Position numbers and translations under genes: made by a program. From assembly GCA_031409655.1 (NCBI GenBank), contig JANNXQ010000230.1, positions 1-38,713 of the forward strand: DNA of 38,713 nt, read 5' to 3'. This DNA comes from Chthoniobacteraceae bacterium (lineage in GTDB: Bacteria > Verrucomicrobiota > Verrucomicrobiia > Chthoniobacterales > Chthoniobacteraceae). This document shows, piece by piece, positions 7,226-16,242 of this stretch. Each line of letters starts with the position of its first letter. The first letter of the stretch is position 1. A model generated the notes under the pieces. That model was not told the DNA's origin, ran no database searches, and worked only from the letters and a program-made list of their open reading frames with translations.

Positions 7226-8341
7226 CTAAACTCCAGCAAGGGTGAACTGCGGAATCTTTCTCACGATCTCGGCAGTTCGATCCTGTGCCCATTGGTCGCG
7301 GATCAATCGCACTTCATGATCCGAAATCAGCGGCATCCCTGTCTCCTCGCGGATGGCCAGCAATTCCTCGAGCAGCATCCGGCGGGCTTCGTAGGTGAGC
7401 GGGCCGAGGCCGGGCTGGCCATTGCGGCGGACTTTGCTGCGGTAGTCGGGCGTGTCGGAGACGGTCTTCAGGCGCTTGCGGAAGTCGGCCAGCGGGATGA
7501 GTTCCTCGTGGCCGATGGTGATGAGCGATTCGAGGGAGTTGTCCTTTTCCACCACAGTACAAGTCCAGCAGCCGAAGCGCGCGGAATTGCTGCCGCAGGA
7601 GGGCGCATCGTCGTTGCTCACGACGAAGGGGCATTCGCCGCCGAGGGCGTTCTTATAGAGCGTGATGACGTCGTCGTAACGTCCACCCCACGGCGGACGG
7701 GCGCTGATGAGGGTGAGCCAGACTTCCTGAGTCGTGAGTTCCTGAATCGGGGAGAAGATCCAGACTCCCTGGTGGTCAGAGTGCTTGGTCAGCCGGCCTT
7801 CGGCGCTGCGCGCATGGCGGGTGATGCTGCCGGACCGGGTGGCAGATTCGTCGCGGCGGACGCCGAGCAGCAGGACCGCGCCGCCCCCGTGGCTGACCTG
7901 TTCGCGGATGAAGCGCGAGGTGGGGCGGATTTTCATCCGGTCCGTACACCAGCGGAAGGTGCGGTTCGGTGCCGGGTACCCGCGACCGAGCAAATTCACC
8001 CAGAAGGATTCTTCGGGTAGCGGATGCGTGCGGACGACGGTGACGGGGACATTGAGCGCGCCGATGTTTTCCTCGATGCGTGCGAGCATCTTCCCGACGA
8101 AACCGTGGAAGACGGGCGACTCGACGAGAGTGTCGTTGCAGACGAGATGGACGGGCCGGGTGCGCTGGTCCGGCGCGATGGCGAGCAGGGTTTCGACGAC
8201 GAGATGGGTGAGGAGCGTGGAGTCCTTGCCGCCGGAAAAGCCGATGCTCCACGGACGCCCGCCATCTTCCTCCAGATATTGCGCGCGAATTTCCCGGCGG
8301 ATGGAGCGGAGTTTGTCGGGCAGTTGATCCAGATCGAGCAC
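7226..8341 (-). CDS. dndC: DNA phosphorothioation sulfurtransferase DndC (PAPS-reductase fold)
   Basis: PWSIGFSGGKDST, FWVNLLGRGYPAPNRTFRWCTDRMKIRP, LLGVRRDES..R and ARFGCWTCTVV are DndC hallmark motifs. Confidence 0.93.
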   Translation of the reverse strand: MLDLDQLPDKLRSIRREIRAQYLEEDGGRPWSIGFSGGKDSTLLTHLVVETLLAIAPDQRTRPVHLVCNDTLVESPVFHGFVGKMLARIEENIGALNVPVTVVRTHPLPEESFWVNLLGRGYPAPNRTFRWCTDRMKIRPTSRFIREQVSHGGGAVLLLGVRRDESATRSGSITRHARSAEGRLTKHSDHQGVWIFSPIQELTTQEVWLTLISARPPWGGRYDDVITLYKNALGGECPFVVSNDDAPSCGSNSARFGCWTCTVVEKDNSLESLITIGHEELIPLADFRKRLKTVSDTPDYRSKVRRNGQPGLGPLTYEARRMLLEELLAIREETGMPLISDHEVRLIRDQWAQDRTAEIVRKIPQFTLAGV

Positions 8342-8346
8342 GCAGG

Positions 8347-8376
8347 AGCGTGTGCCCGGCTTGGCCCGAGCGGCAA
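8347..8376 (-). promoter_or_regulatory. Putative leaderless promoter of the dnd operon
   Basis: TTGCCG-N18-CACGCT, then 5 nt to GTG 8341. Confidence 0.4.
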
Positions 8377-8462
8377 GTGCTTTCCCATCCGGTTGACCCC
8401 TTTTCCGTCGTCCAACGTCGCCACTGACCGCACATCACCCCAGACGTCAGCGAGACGCGGTG

Positions 8463-9128
8463 CTACGGTGCGCCTGCGGCGGCCAGCGTTTTTCGCAGGA
8501 CGGTCCAGACGTTTTCCGCGATGCGCTTTTGGCCGTCGGAGGTGGGATGGATCAGGTCGGGTTGATTGAGGGCGGCGATGCCGCCGACGCCTTCGAGGAG
8601 GAAGGGGACCAACGCGGCGCCGCCGGCTTCGGCGACTCGGGGAAAGACGGCGCGGAATTGCGCGACGAAGTCGGGGCCCATGTTGGCGGGCATTTCCATG
8701 CCGGCGACGATGACTTTGATGGCGGGGAATTTCGCGCGGGCGCGCTGGACGATGCCGGTGAGGTTTTCCTCGGTCTGCTTCGGGGGGATGCCGCGGAGGC
8801 CGTCGTTGCCGCCGAGGGCGACGATGAGCACGGCGGTGGGGCGGCTGAGGGTCCAGTCGAGACGGCGCAGGCCGCCGGCGGTGGTGTCGCCGCTGACGCC
8901 GGCATTCACGACGGTGTAGGGCAGACCGGCGGCGGTGATTTTTTCCTGCAACAAGGCGGGGTAGGCCTGGCTCGGGTCGAGGCCGTAGCCGGCGGTGATG
9001 CTGTCGCCGAGGATGACGATCCGGCCGGGTGGAAGCGGAGCGGCGTTTGTCGGGGGAGCGTCCGCGGCCCAAAGTGCGCGGCTCGTCCACAGGAGCAGCG
9101 ATAGCGTATAGGTGCCCAATGCATTCAT
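8463..9128 (-). CDS. tesA: GDSL/SGNH arylesterase (TesA-like acyl-CoA thioesterase I)
   Basis: Signal peptide, GDSITAGYG, NAGVSGDTT, GGNDGLRG, DLIHP. Divergent and head-to-head with a ybbA-like gene, as in E. coli. Confidence 0.9.
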   Translation of the reverse strand: MNALGTYTLSLLLWTSRALWAADAPPTNAAPLPPGRIVILGDSITAGYGLDPSQAYPALLQEKITAAGLPYTVVNAGVSGDTTAGGLRRLDWTLSRPTAVLIVALGGNDGLRGIPPKQTEENLTGIVQRARAKFPAIKVIVAGMEMPANMGPDFVAQFRAVFPRVAEAGGAALVPFLLEGVGGIAALNQPDLIHPTSDGQKRIAENVWTVLRKTLAAAGAP

Positions 9129-9874
9129 CAGTTCCGGATCAGATAGAAAGAGCGTCGAGCGTCGAGCGCGGCGCGGAGGCTGTCAAACCGCCCATCCTCG
9201 AGATCCGCGGGCTCGGGAAAATCTACCGCAGCGCGGGGCACGAGTTGACGGTGCTGCGCGACATCCAACTCACGCTGAAGGCGGGCGACACCTGTGCGAT
9301 CATCGGTCCGTCGGGCAGCGGGAAGACGACGCTGCTCGGGCTCTGCGCGGGGCTCGATGATGCGACGACGGGCACGGTGCATCTCGACGGGCAGGAACTC
9401 GGCGCGCTCGACGAGGATGCGCGCGCGGCTTTGCGCAATCGCGCGGTCGGTTTCGTGTTTCAGAATTTCCAACTCATCCCGACGCTCACGGCGATCGAGA
9501 ACGTGCTCGTGCCGCTCGAACTCCGCGGCGAAAACGGGCGGCAGAAGGAAGCGGCGGACATCCTCGCGCAGGTCGGGCTCGCGGATCGGCTCGAACATTA
9601 TCCGCTCCAGCTCTCCGGCGGCGTACAGCAGCGCGTGGCTTTGGCGCGCGCGTTCATCCATCGGCCGAAGATCCTCTTCGCCGATGAGCCAACGGGGAAT
9701 CTCGACGCCGAGACGAGCGGGCCGATCGTGGAGATGCTCTTCCGGCTGAATCGCGAGGCGGGCACGGCGCTGGTGCTGGTGACGCACGATCCGGTGCTGG
9801 CGGCGCGGGCGCGGCGAGTGGTGAAGATGCGCGGTGGGGCGATCGTCGGTGAGGAGGAAAATGGGGCGCACTGA
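9119..9874 (+). CDS. ybbA: ABC transporter ATP-binding protein (YbbA/LolD-like)
   Basis: GPSGSGKTT, VFQNFQLIP, LSGGVQQRVALARA, LFADEPTGNLD, LVTHD. Start uncertain (ATG 9119 chosen). Confidence 0.88.
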   Translation: MHSSVPDQIERASSVERGAEAVKPPILEIRGLGKIYRSAGHELTVLRDIQLTLKAGDTCAIIGPSGSGKTTLLGLCAGLDDATTGTVHLDGQELGALDEDARAALRNRAVGFVFQNFQLIPTLTAIENVLVPLELRGENGRQKEAADILAQVGLADRLEHYPLQLSGGVQQRVALARAFIHRPKILFADEPTGNLDAETSGPIVEMLFRLNREAGTALVLVTHDPVLAARARRVVKMRGGAIVGEEENGAH

Positions 9875-12425
9875 CGCAGCGCTCCCGCGCGGACTTTTCG
9901 CGGCGCTATTTCATCCGTGGACGTGGCGGATGGCGTGGCGCGACAGCCGCACACAGCGGCAACGGCTGGCGATCTTTTCGCTCGCGATCGTGGCGGGTGT
10001 CGCGGCGCTGGTCGCGATTCATTCGCTGAAGGCTAGCGTGCAGAGTGGGATCGACGCGCAGGCGAAATCGCTGCTCGGCTCGGATGTGCAGGTGTCGTCG
10101 CGGCAGCCCTTCACGGCGGAGGAAGAGGCGAAGCTCGCGGCGCGGGCGCAGCGGGTGAGTCGCGAGACGGGCTTTTCCTCGATGCTCTATTTTTCCACCG
10201 CCGACGCCGCGCGGCTGGCGCAGGTGCGCGGGATCGAGGGCGACTATCCCTACTACGGCACGGTGCAGACGACGCCCGCGGACGCGTGGACGCGGCTGCG
10301 CTCGGAGCCGGGCATTCTGCTGGAGCCGGCGCTGCTCGATCAGTTCGGCGCGAAGGTCGGCGACCGGGTGAAGCTGGGTGCGATCGAACTGCCGATCCTC
10401 GGCGTGGTGAACAAACCCGCGCCGCGCAGCAGCCGCTTCAGCGGCTTCGCGCCGGAAGCCTACGTGCGCCTCGCGGACCTCGCGCGGACCGGGCTGCTGG
10501 GCAGCACGAGCCTGGCCTTTCACCACCTGCATCTCGAGTTGTCCGCCGACGCCGATCCGCGCGCGGCGAAGAAGGCGTTGCGTGAAGAATTTCGCGAGAC
10601 GACGTGGCGGATCGAGACTCCCGACGATCGTCGCGAAACGCTCGGCGATGCGCTGGATAACTTTCAGCAATTCCTCGGGATCATCGCGCTCGTCGCGCTG
10701 GTGCTCGGCGCGATCGGCGTGGCGGGCGCGGTCCACGCGCACGTGACGCGACGCGTGCCGACCGTGGCGATCCTGCGCTGTCTCGGATGTCCCGGGGATG
10801 TGGCGTTCGGCATCTACTTTGCGCAAGCCATCGCGCTCGGCGTGCTCGGCGCGGTGCTCGGGGCGGCGGTCGGCATCGCGCTGCACACGGGCGTGCTCAC
10901 GTTCTTTCGCGAGAGCCTGCCCATCGCCGTCGATCCCGCACCCGAGTGGCGCGTGGTCGCGCAGACCACCGCGGCGGGGTTTGCGGTGTGTTGTGGATTC
11001 GCGCTCATCCCGCTGCTGCGCGTCCGGCGCATCTCGCCCTCCGCGACATTGCGTGAAGGCGCGGCGCTGGCGGGCAGCCGGGCCGCGCTGCGGGCGTGGC
11101 CGGTGTATCTGCTGCTCGCGGCGTTGCTCGTCGGCGTGGCCCTGCTGAATTCCTCCGACTGGAAACGCGCGCTCGGCATGGTCGCCGCGCTCGGCGTGGC
11201 CTTTGGCATCCTCGTCGGCATCGCGCGCGGGCTCATCTTTGCGGCGCGCCGCGTCGTCCGGCCGGCGTGGCCGTATTTGTTGCGGCAGGGCATTTCGAAT
11301 CTGCACCGGCCGCACAATCAGACGCTGCTCTTCCTGCTCTCGCTCGGGCTCGGCACCTTCCTGCTGCTCACGATCTTGCTGACCGGCAATCTCCTCCGCC
11401 AGCGGCTCACGCTTTCGCAATTCGCCGAGAGCCCGAACATTTACCTCGTCGATGTGCAGCCCGATCAGGTGGCGGGCGTGAGCGCCGTGATCGCCGACCT
11501 CAAACTGCCGCGGCTGGAAAGTGCGCCGATGGTCACGATGCGGATCGAGTCGGTGCGCGGCACGCCGGTGCGCGAGCTGGAGAAAATGGGCGCGGTGCCG
11601 AAGTGGGTGCTGCGCCGGGAATTCCGCTCCACTTATCGCGCGGAACTGACCGCCACCGAGACGCTGGTCGCGGGGAAATGGTTCACCGCGGTGCCCGATC
11701 CGAACGGCCCGGTGCCGCTCTCGCTCGAAGCCGAGATCGCGAAGGATCTCGGCGTGGCGATCGGCGACGAGCTGACACTCGACGTGCAGGGCGTCCCGGT
11801 CCGCGCGCGCGTGACCAGCCTGCGCAAGGTGGACTGGAGCCGCTTCAACCTGAACTTCTTCATGATCTTCCCGCCCGGCGTGCTCGAAGGCGCGCCCGGC
11901 TTTCACGTCGTGACTACGCGCGTGCCCGCCGGCCTCACCTCCGGCGAACTGCAGCGCGCGCTCGTGCAGAAATTTCCCAACGTCTCCGCGATCGATCTCA
12001 CACTGATCCTCGAGAACGTGCGCGGCATCCTGGAGAAAATCTCGCGGGTGATCTCGGTGCTTGCCGGCTTCACCGTGCTGGCGGGCATCCCGATCCTCAT
12101 CGGCACGCTGCTCAATGGCCGCGATCAGCGCCAGTGCGAGAGCATCCTCCTGCGCACGCTCGGCGCCTCGGCGAAACAAGTGCGCACGATCCTCCTCATC
12201 GAATACGCCACCCTCGGGACGCTCTCCGCGCTCGCCGGACTGGTGCTCGCCATCGCCGCCAATTCCGCGCTCGCCGTCTTCGTCTTCAAGGCCCCGCCGT
12301 GGCCCGATCCCGTGCTCATCGCCGCAGCCTTCGCCGCCACCACGGGGCTCGCGATCCTCGGCGGCCTGGCGTTGAGCCGCGGTGTGTCGCGGCACCCGCC
12401 GCTGGCGATCCTGCGCGGCGCGTGA
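9861..12425 (+). CDS. ybbP: ABC transporter permease, YbbP/FtsX-MacB type (two FtsX domains)
   Basis: GAGGAGG RBS before ATG 9861; MAWRDSR...; AILRCLG and LLRTLGAS; LRKVDW...NFFMIF; multiple TM helices. Confidence 0.88.
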   Translation: MGRTDAALPRGLFAALFHPWTWRMAWRDSRTQRQRLAIFSLAIVAGVAALVAIHSLKASVQSGIDAQAKSLLGSDVQVSSRQPFTAEEEAKLAARAQRVSRETGFSSMLYFSTADAARLAQVRGIEGDYPYYGTVQTTPADAWTRLRSEPGILLEPALLDQFGAKVGDRVKLGAIELPILGVVNKPAPRSSRFSGFAPEAYVRLADLARTGLLGSTSLAFHHLHLELSADADPRAAKKALREEFRETTWRIETPDDRRETLGDALDNFQQFLGIIALVALVLGAIGVAGAVHAHVTRRVPTVAILRCLGCPGDVAFGIYFAQAIALGVLGAVLGAAVGIALHTGVLTFFRESLPIAVDPAPEWRVVAQTTAAGFAVCCGFALIPLLRVRRISPSATLREGAALAGSRAALRAWPVYLLLAALLVGVALLNSSDWKRALGMVAALGVAFGILVGIARGLIFAARRVVRPAWPYLLRQGISNLHRPHNQTLLFLLSLGLGTFLLLTILLTGNLLRQRLTLSQFAESPNIYLVDVQPDQVAGVSAVIADLKLPRLESAPMVTMRIESVRGTPVRELEKMGAVPKWVLRREFRSTYRAELTATETLVAGKWFTAVPDPNGPVPLSLEAEIAKDLGVAIGDELTLDVQGVPVRARVTSLRKVDWSRFNLNFFMIFPPGVLEGAPGFHVVTTRVPAGLTSGELQRALVQKFPNVSAIDLTLILENVRGILEKISRVISVLAGFTVLAGIPILIGTLLNGRDQRQCESILLRTLGASAKQVRTILLIEYATLGTLSALAGLVLAIAANSALAVFVFKAPPWPDPVLIAAAFAATTGLAILGGLALSRGVSRHPPLAILRGA

Positions 12426-12471
12426 ATCCGCGGCGCTCTTTCACGTAGAGGTAACGCCCATGGTGTTGCCT

Positions 12472-12691
12472 AACGCCAACGGCGTTTCATCGGTCAGCCC
12501 AGGGTTGGCGCGAGGAACGAGCGGCTACCCTGGGTCGCGTGATGGGAAGCGGCGCAAACCTGGAACGGGTTTCATCCGTAACGCGACGGTTCTGGATGCA
12601 CCTCTTTCAGAGTTGGCGCGCTCTTTCATTTCTTCCCAGGGTAGCTCGTGCCTCGCAACCCTGGGCTGGAGGATGGAACGCCGTTGGCGTT
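12472..12691. repeat. ~220-bp nested inverted repeat (REPIN/MITE-like)
   Basis: The left arm 12472-12534 (AACGCCAACGGCGTT...AGCCCAGGGTTG...GCTACCCTGGG) is near the reverse complement of 12635-12691, with an inner imperfect IR at about 12557-12614. It lies between convergent genes. Confidence 0.8.
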
Positions 12692-12723
12692 TGGGATCGC
12701 GCGAGACGAGGCGTTAAAATGGG

Positions 12724-14097
12724 TCATTTCGCCTTTGGCAAAAGCAGATCGAGGGCGTCTTTCAGGAGGCCTTTGCCAGCTTCGACGGGGTTCTTGATGA
12801 GCTCCTGCGCTTTCTCGATCACGGCTCCGGCAGCAGCCTCGGCGAGGCGCGGGGTGAGGTCGTCCACGGGTTTGCCCGCGGGGCCGGTGAGGCGCATCGG
12901 CGTCCAGAGATAGCCGTCGCGGGCCACGGTGAAGACGCGCGTTTGCGAGCCGGGCAGCCATTGCAGGCTCGCGGCGGTGACGCCGACTTGGAAGGTGCCG
13001 TCGATCATCCCCTGCTCGAGCGCGAAGCCGCCTTCGATGCGGATGAGGCGCTCGGCCTCGGCGATGAAATTACTCACGGTGAGTCGCGGGCCGGTCTGTT
13101 GAAAATCCGCGGAGGCGCGCGTGAGCTTGAGTCGGCGGAAGCTTTGCGTGCGGGTGAAGGCGGCGATTTCGTCGAGCATCGGGAGGGCTTCGAGTTCGCC
13201 ATTGGCGATCCGGAGCGAGCCGTGGATGTCCACCGGGCCGCGGGTGGGAAGCGGGGTGCGCACGTTGATTTCGCCGCTGGCCTGGCCGCGGAAACGCAGG
13301 CGCCAGTCGCCATCGAGGAAGGGGAAAAGCGTGATGCCATCGAGCTCGGCGCGGAGGTCGAGTGCCTCCGCGGTGTTCACGGTGCCGGTGACTTTCACGG
13401 AGCCGCCGCCGGGCTGGCGGAGCTCGGCACTTTGGACATAAAGCGAAGGCGGGCGATGGAGCAGGCGCAGGCTCTGGATGTCGAGCGGTGGGAGCCCGGC
13501 GTGCGCGAGCTTTCCGCCGGCGCCGGTGATTTTCCACCCGCCCTCCTGAGGCTCCATCTGCATGGCCATGGCAGTGACGCCACCGCCCGTCCAGCGCAGG
13601 TCCGTGTCGCGCACCGTGGCCTGGGTGATCTCCACGCGATTTGGCAGCCAGCCGCCGGTCCCGCCGCGCGCAGGTGGGGCCGCCGCAGTGACGGAGGGCG
13701 GCATTTCGGGAGCGTTGCTGCGGGGGCCGTCGAGGGTGAGTTGCAGGCGTTGCGCGGTCACGGAATCGACCTGCCAGACGCGTTCGGAAAAGCGCCGCAG
13801 GCTCAGCTCCGCGCGCACGCCATCGATCTGCAAATCGCTGAAGGCCGCGCGCTCGGAGCCCTGCGCGCGGAGGCCTTCAGCGTAAAGATTCATCCCGGTG
13901 AAACTGAGCGGCGCGACCGCGGCCTGCGCGTGCAGCGAGGTGCCGATGCGCCGCGCGAGGAATTCGCGGAAGCCTTCGCTACGTAGATAGGAAGCGATCG
14001 CCGCCTTGGCGATGAAGAGCCCGACGATCGCCAGCACGACCAGCACGGGCACGCTCCACGCGAGGATTCGGAGCCAGCGGCGCGCGGGTTTGGGCAT
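12724..14097 (-). CDS. Membrane-anchored AsmA-like (repeating beta-groove) protein
   Basis: ATG 14097 (MPKPARRWLR + TM helix), followed by a long beta-rich periplasmic region ending 'WTPMRLTGP..KPVDDL'. The family call is tentative. Confidence 0.55.
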   Translation of the reverse strand: MPKPARRWLRILAWSVPVLVVLAIVGLFIAKAAIASYLRSEGFREFLARRIGTSLHAQAAVAPLSFTGMNLYAEGLRAQGSERAAFSDLQIDGVRAELSLRRFSERVWQVDSVTAQRLQLTLDGPRSNAPEMPPSVTAAAPPARGGTGGWLPNRVEITQATVRDTDLRWTGGGVTAMAMQMEPQEGGWKITGAGGKLAHAGLPPLDIQSLRLLHRPPSLYVQSAELRQPGGGSVKVTGTVNTAEALDLRAELDGITLFPFLDGDWRLRFRGQASGEINVRTPLPTRGPVDIHGSLRIANGELEALPMLDEIAAFTRTQSFRRLKLTRASADFQQTGPRLTVSNFIAEAERLIRIEGGFALEQGMIDGTFQVGVTAASLQWLPGSQTRVFTVARDGYLWTPMRLTGPAGKPVDDLTPRLAEAAAGAVIEKAQELIKNPVEAGKGLLKDALDLLLPKAK

Positions 14098-14151
14098 GGG
14101 GCACTTTTGCCACTGACAAACCGGCGTCAATTCACAACGCTCTCCCCACCC

Positions 14152-15837
14152 ATGCTCGCCCTCCAGGATGTCTCGCTCCAGCTCGGTGCCGAGTCGGACG
14201 CGACGCGGCTCCTGACGGCGGCCTCGGCGCGGTTTCCGAGAAAACATTTTACGGCGATCGTCGGACCTTCGGGGTGCGGGAAAAGCACGCTGTTGAAAGT
14301 GATCGCTGGCCTGCGCGAGCCCACGGACGGGCACGTCGAATGGGATGGGCGCGATCTTTCCCGCGACGGTGATCTGGCGCCGCACGAGATCGGTTACGTG
14401 CCGCAATTCAGCATCGCCTCCGAGCTGCTGACGGTGGGGGAAAGCGTCGAGAGCGCGCTGCGGCTACGCGTCGCCGGGCTTTCCGAAACGGAGCGCCGCG
14501 AGCGCATCGGTAACATTCTCGCGCAAGTGGGTCTCCACGAAATCTCCGATCGCGAAGTGCGCGTCCTTTCCGGCGGACAAAAGCGCCGCCTCGCCCTGGC
14601 CCTTGAACTGGTCAGCGCGCCGCATCTACTGCTCTGCGATGAAGTGACCAGCGGCCTCGACCCGCAGGCCGAGGACGAACTCGCGCGGCTGCTCCATCAG
14701 CTCTCCCGCGCCGACGATCGGATCGTCCTCTCCGTCACCCACAGCCTCCGCCACCTCGCGCTCTACGACAGCGTGCTGGTGCTCTCCGGCGGCCACCTCG
14801 CGTATCACGGGCCGGCGGATTTTCTGCTGCACTACTTCGACGTGGCGACGCCCGACGCGCTCTTCCCGCGCCTCGCGGAACGCCCGCCGGAGGAGTGGCA
14901 CAGCTCCTGGGAAAAACATCGCGCCACCTACGCCACCGCCGCTCCCGCTCCGCCTCCACCGCGCGAATCCCGCGCCGTGGCAACGCCGTCGCTGATCGCG
15001 CAATTTTCCACGCTCCTCGCCCGCCGCTGGCGCATCTTCCTGCGCGACCGCGGCCAGCTCTGGCTGCAGCTCGCGCTGCTCGTGGGGTTCCCGATGCTCG
15101 TCGTCCTCTTCGCGCTGGAGGGGCTGCCGCAGATCAAAAACATGAACGGCGTGACGCAGGGAAATGCGGTGCAGCAGTTCCTCAACGAAGCCGCGCAGAA
15201 GGCGGAGCTGATGCACAATGGCAGCCTCGTCTCCGGGCTCGTGATGTTTCAGGTGATCCTGCTCGCGCTCATGGGTTCGAACAACGCCGCGAGAGAGATC
15301 GCCGGTGAGCGGCTGATCTTTGAGAAGGAAAAATTCGCCGGCGTGCGCGCGTCCGCTTACGTGGCGTCGAAGGCCGTCTTCCTCGGCGGGCTGGTCCTCG
15401 CGCAGTCCGTGTGGATGGGCGTCTTTGTGAATGTGATCGTCCGTTTCCCGGGCGATCTCGGCACGCAGATCCTGCTGCTCGCGCTGGTCAATGGCGCGCT
15501 CACCGCGACGTGTCTGGCCATTTCCAGCCTGCTGAAAAGCGCCGAGCAAGCGTCGCTGGTTTCCATCTATCTCGTCGGCTTTCAGCTTCCGCTGAGCGGC
15601 GCCGTGCTCGCGCTGCCGGGGGCGCTGGGCTGGATCACCCGGCCTTTCATCGCGTCGTATTGGGGCTGGAGTGGCTTCATCCAGACGTTGCGCGACACGC
15701 GCTTCTACGAAGCCATCCTCAGCGTCGCGGAGACAAAGCTCGCTGCCGCGCCGCTCTGCGTCTGGGTGCTCGCCTGCCACATTGGCCTCGGGGTGGTGCT
15801 GGCTTACACCGGGTGCAAAAATTCCCGATGGGACTGA
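14152..15837 (+). CDS. Fused ABC transporter ATPase + ABC-2-type permease (ABCG/Rv1747-like, no FHA)
   Basis: GPSGCGKST, IGYVPQF, LSGGQKRR, LCDEVTSGLDP, SVTH, followed by about six TM segments with AAREIAGERLIFEKE. Confidence 0.88.
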   Translation: MLALQDVSLQLGAESDATRLLTAASARFPRKHFTAIVGPSGCGKSTLLKVIAGLREPTDGHVEWDGRDLSRDGDLAPHEIGYVPQFSIASELLTVGESVESALRLRVAGLSETERRERIGNILAQVGLHEISDREVRVLSGGQKRRLALALELVSAPHLLLCDEVTSGLDPQAEDELARLLHQLSRADDRIVLSVTHSLRHLALYDSVLVLSGGHLAYHGPADFLLHYFDVATPDALFPRLAERPPEEWHSSWEKHRATYATAAPAPPPPRESRAVATPSLIAQFSTLLARRWRIFLRDRGQLWLQLALLVGFPMLVVLFALEGLPQIKNMNGVTQGNAVQQFLNEAAQKAELMHNGSLVSGLVMFQVILLALMGSNNAAREIAGERLIFEKEKFAGVRASAYVASKAVFLGGLVLAQSVWMGVFVNVIVRFPGDLGTQILLLALVNGALTATCLAISSLLKSAEQASLVSIYLVGFQLPLSGAVLALPGALGWITRPFIASYWGWSGFIQTLRDTRFYEAILSVAETKLAAAPLCVWVLACHIGLGVVLAYTGCKNSRWD

Positions 15838-16223
15838 CTTTTTGGGGCCGAGCCGCCGCCGCGGTTGCGATCACTTTGTGGCTATCGGGGTGTCTTGCTG
15901 GAGGAATTTTCGTCTCGCACGTTGCGCCGCCGTGTTTCGAGCCGGGAAAGGCCACGCACTTTGAACTGCTAGTCGAGGCAAATGCCGGAAATCTTCGCGG
16001 GAATGATGCTGCCTCAATTCACGTTCGGCACGTTGACGGTTCCGTCCGAACCCTCCCAATGACCCGAGGTACTGCTTCCAAGCTGAAGGTGCGGTGGTTC
16101 ATCGACCTTATTTTAGAGTCCAAGGTCACACCGCTCGATTTCTATTTTTCGTTCCGCAGCGACGGTAAGTGGTATGAACACGGTTCCAAAACGCAGATGA
16201 TGAGCATCCCGAAATGTCCCTGA
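15828..16223 (+). CDS. Hypothetical exported protein, possible lipoprotein (131 aa)
   Basis: ATG 15828 overlaps the upstream stop. MGLTFWGRAAAAVAITLWLSGC has a lipobox-like LSGC; lower GC than neighbours. Confidence 0.5.
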   Translation: MGLTFWGRAAAAVAITLWLSGCLAGGIFVSHVAPPCFEPGKATHFELLVEANAGNLRGNDAASIHVRHVDGSVRTLPMTRGTASKLKVRWFIDLILESKVTPLDFYFSFRSDGKWYEHGSKTQMMSIPKCP

Positions 16224-16242
16224 GGCGCATGACTCGACGGTG

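Noticed and set aside
1..8462. Prophage or integrative element boundaries for the defence island
   Set aside because: No integrase, tRNA, transposase or flanking direct repeat was seen; the left edge lies outside the window.
9119..9128. Head-to-head overlap of tesA and ybbA starts as a novelty
   Set aside because: The divergent overlapping tesA/ybbA-ybbP arrangement is already known from E. coli, and the starts here are uncertain.
9906..12395. 829-aa antisense ORF (also 14626-15780 and 17504-19174)
   Set aside because: Mirror frames of well-supported genes, expected from high GC3 codon bias.
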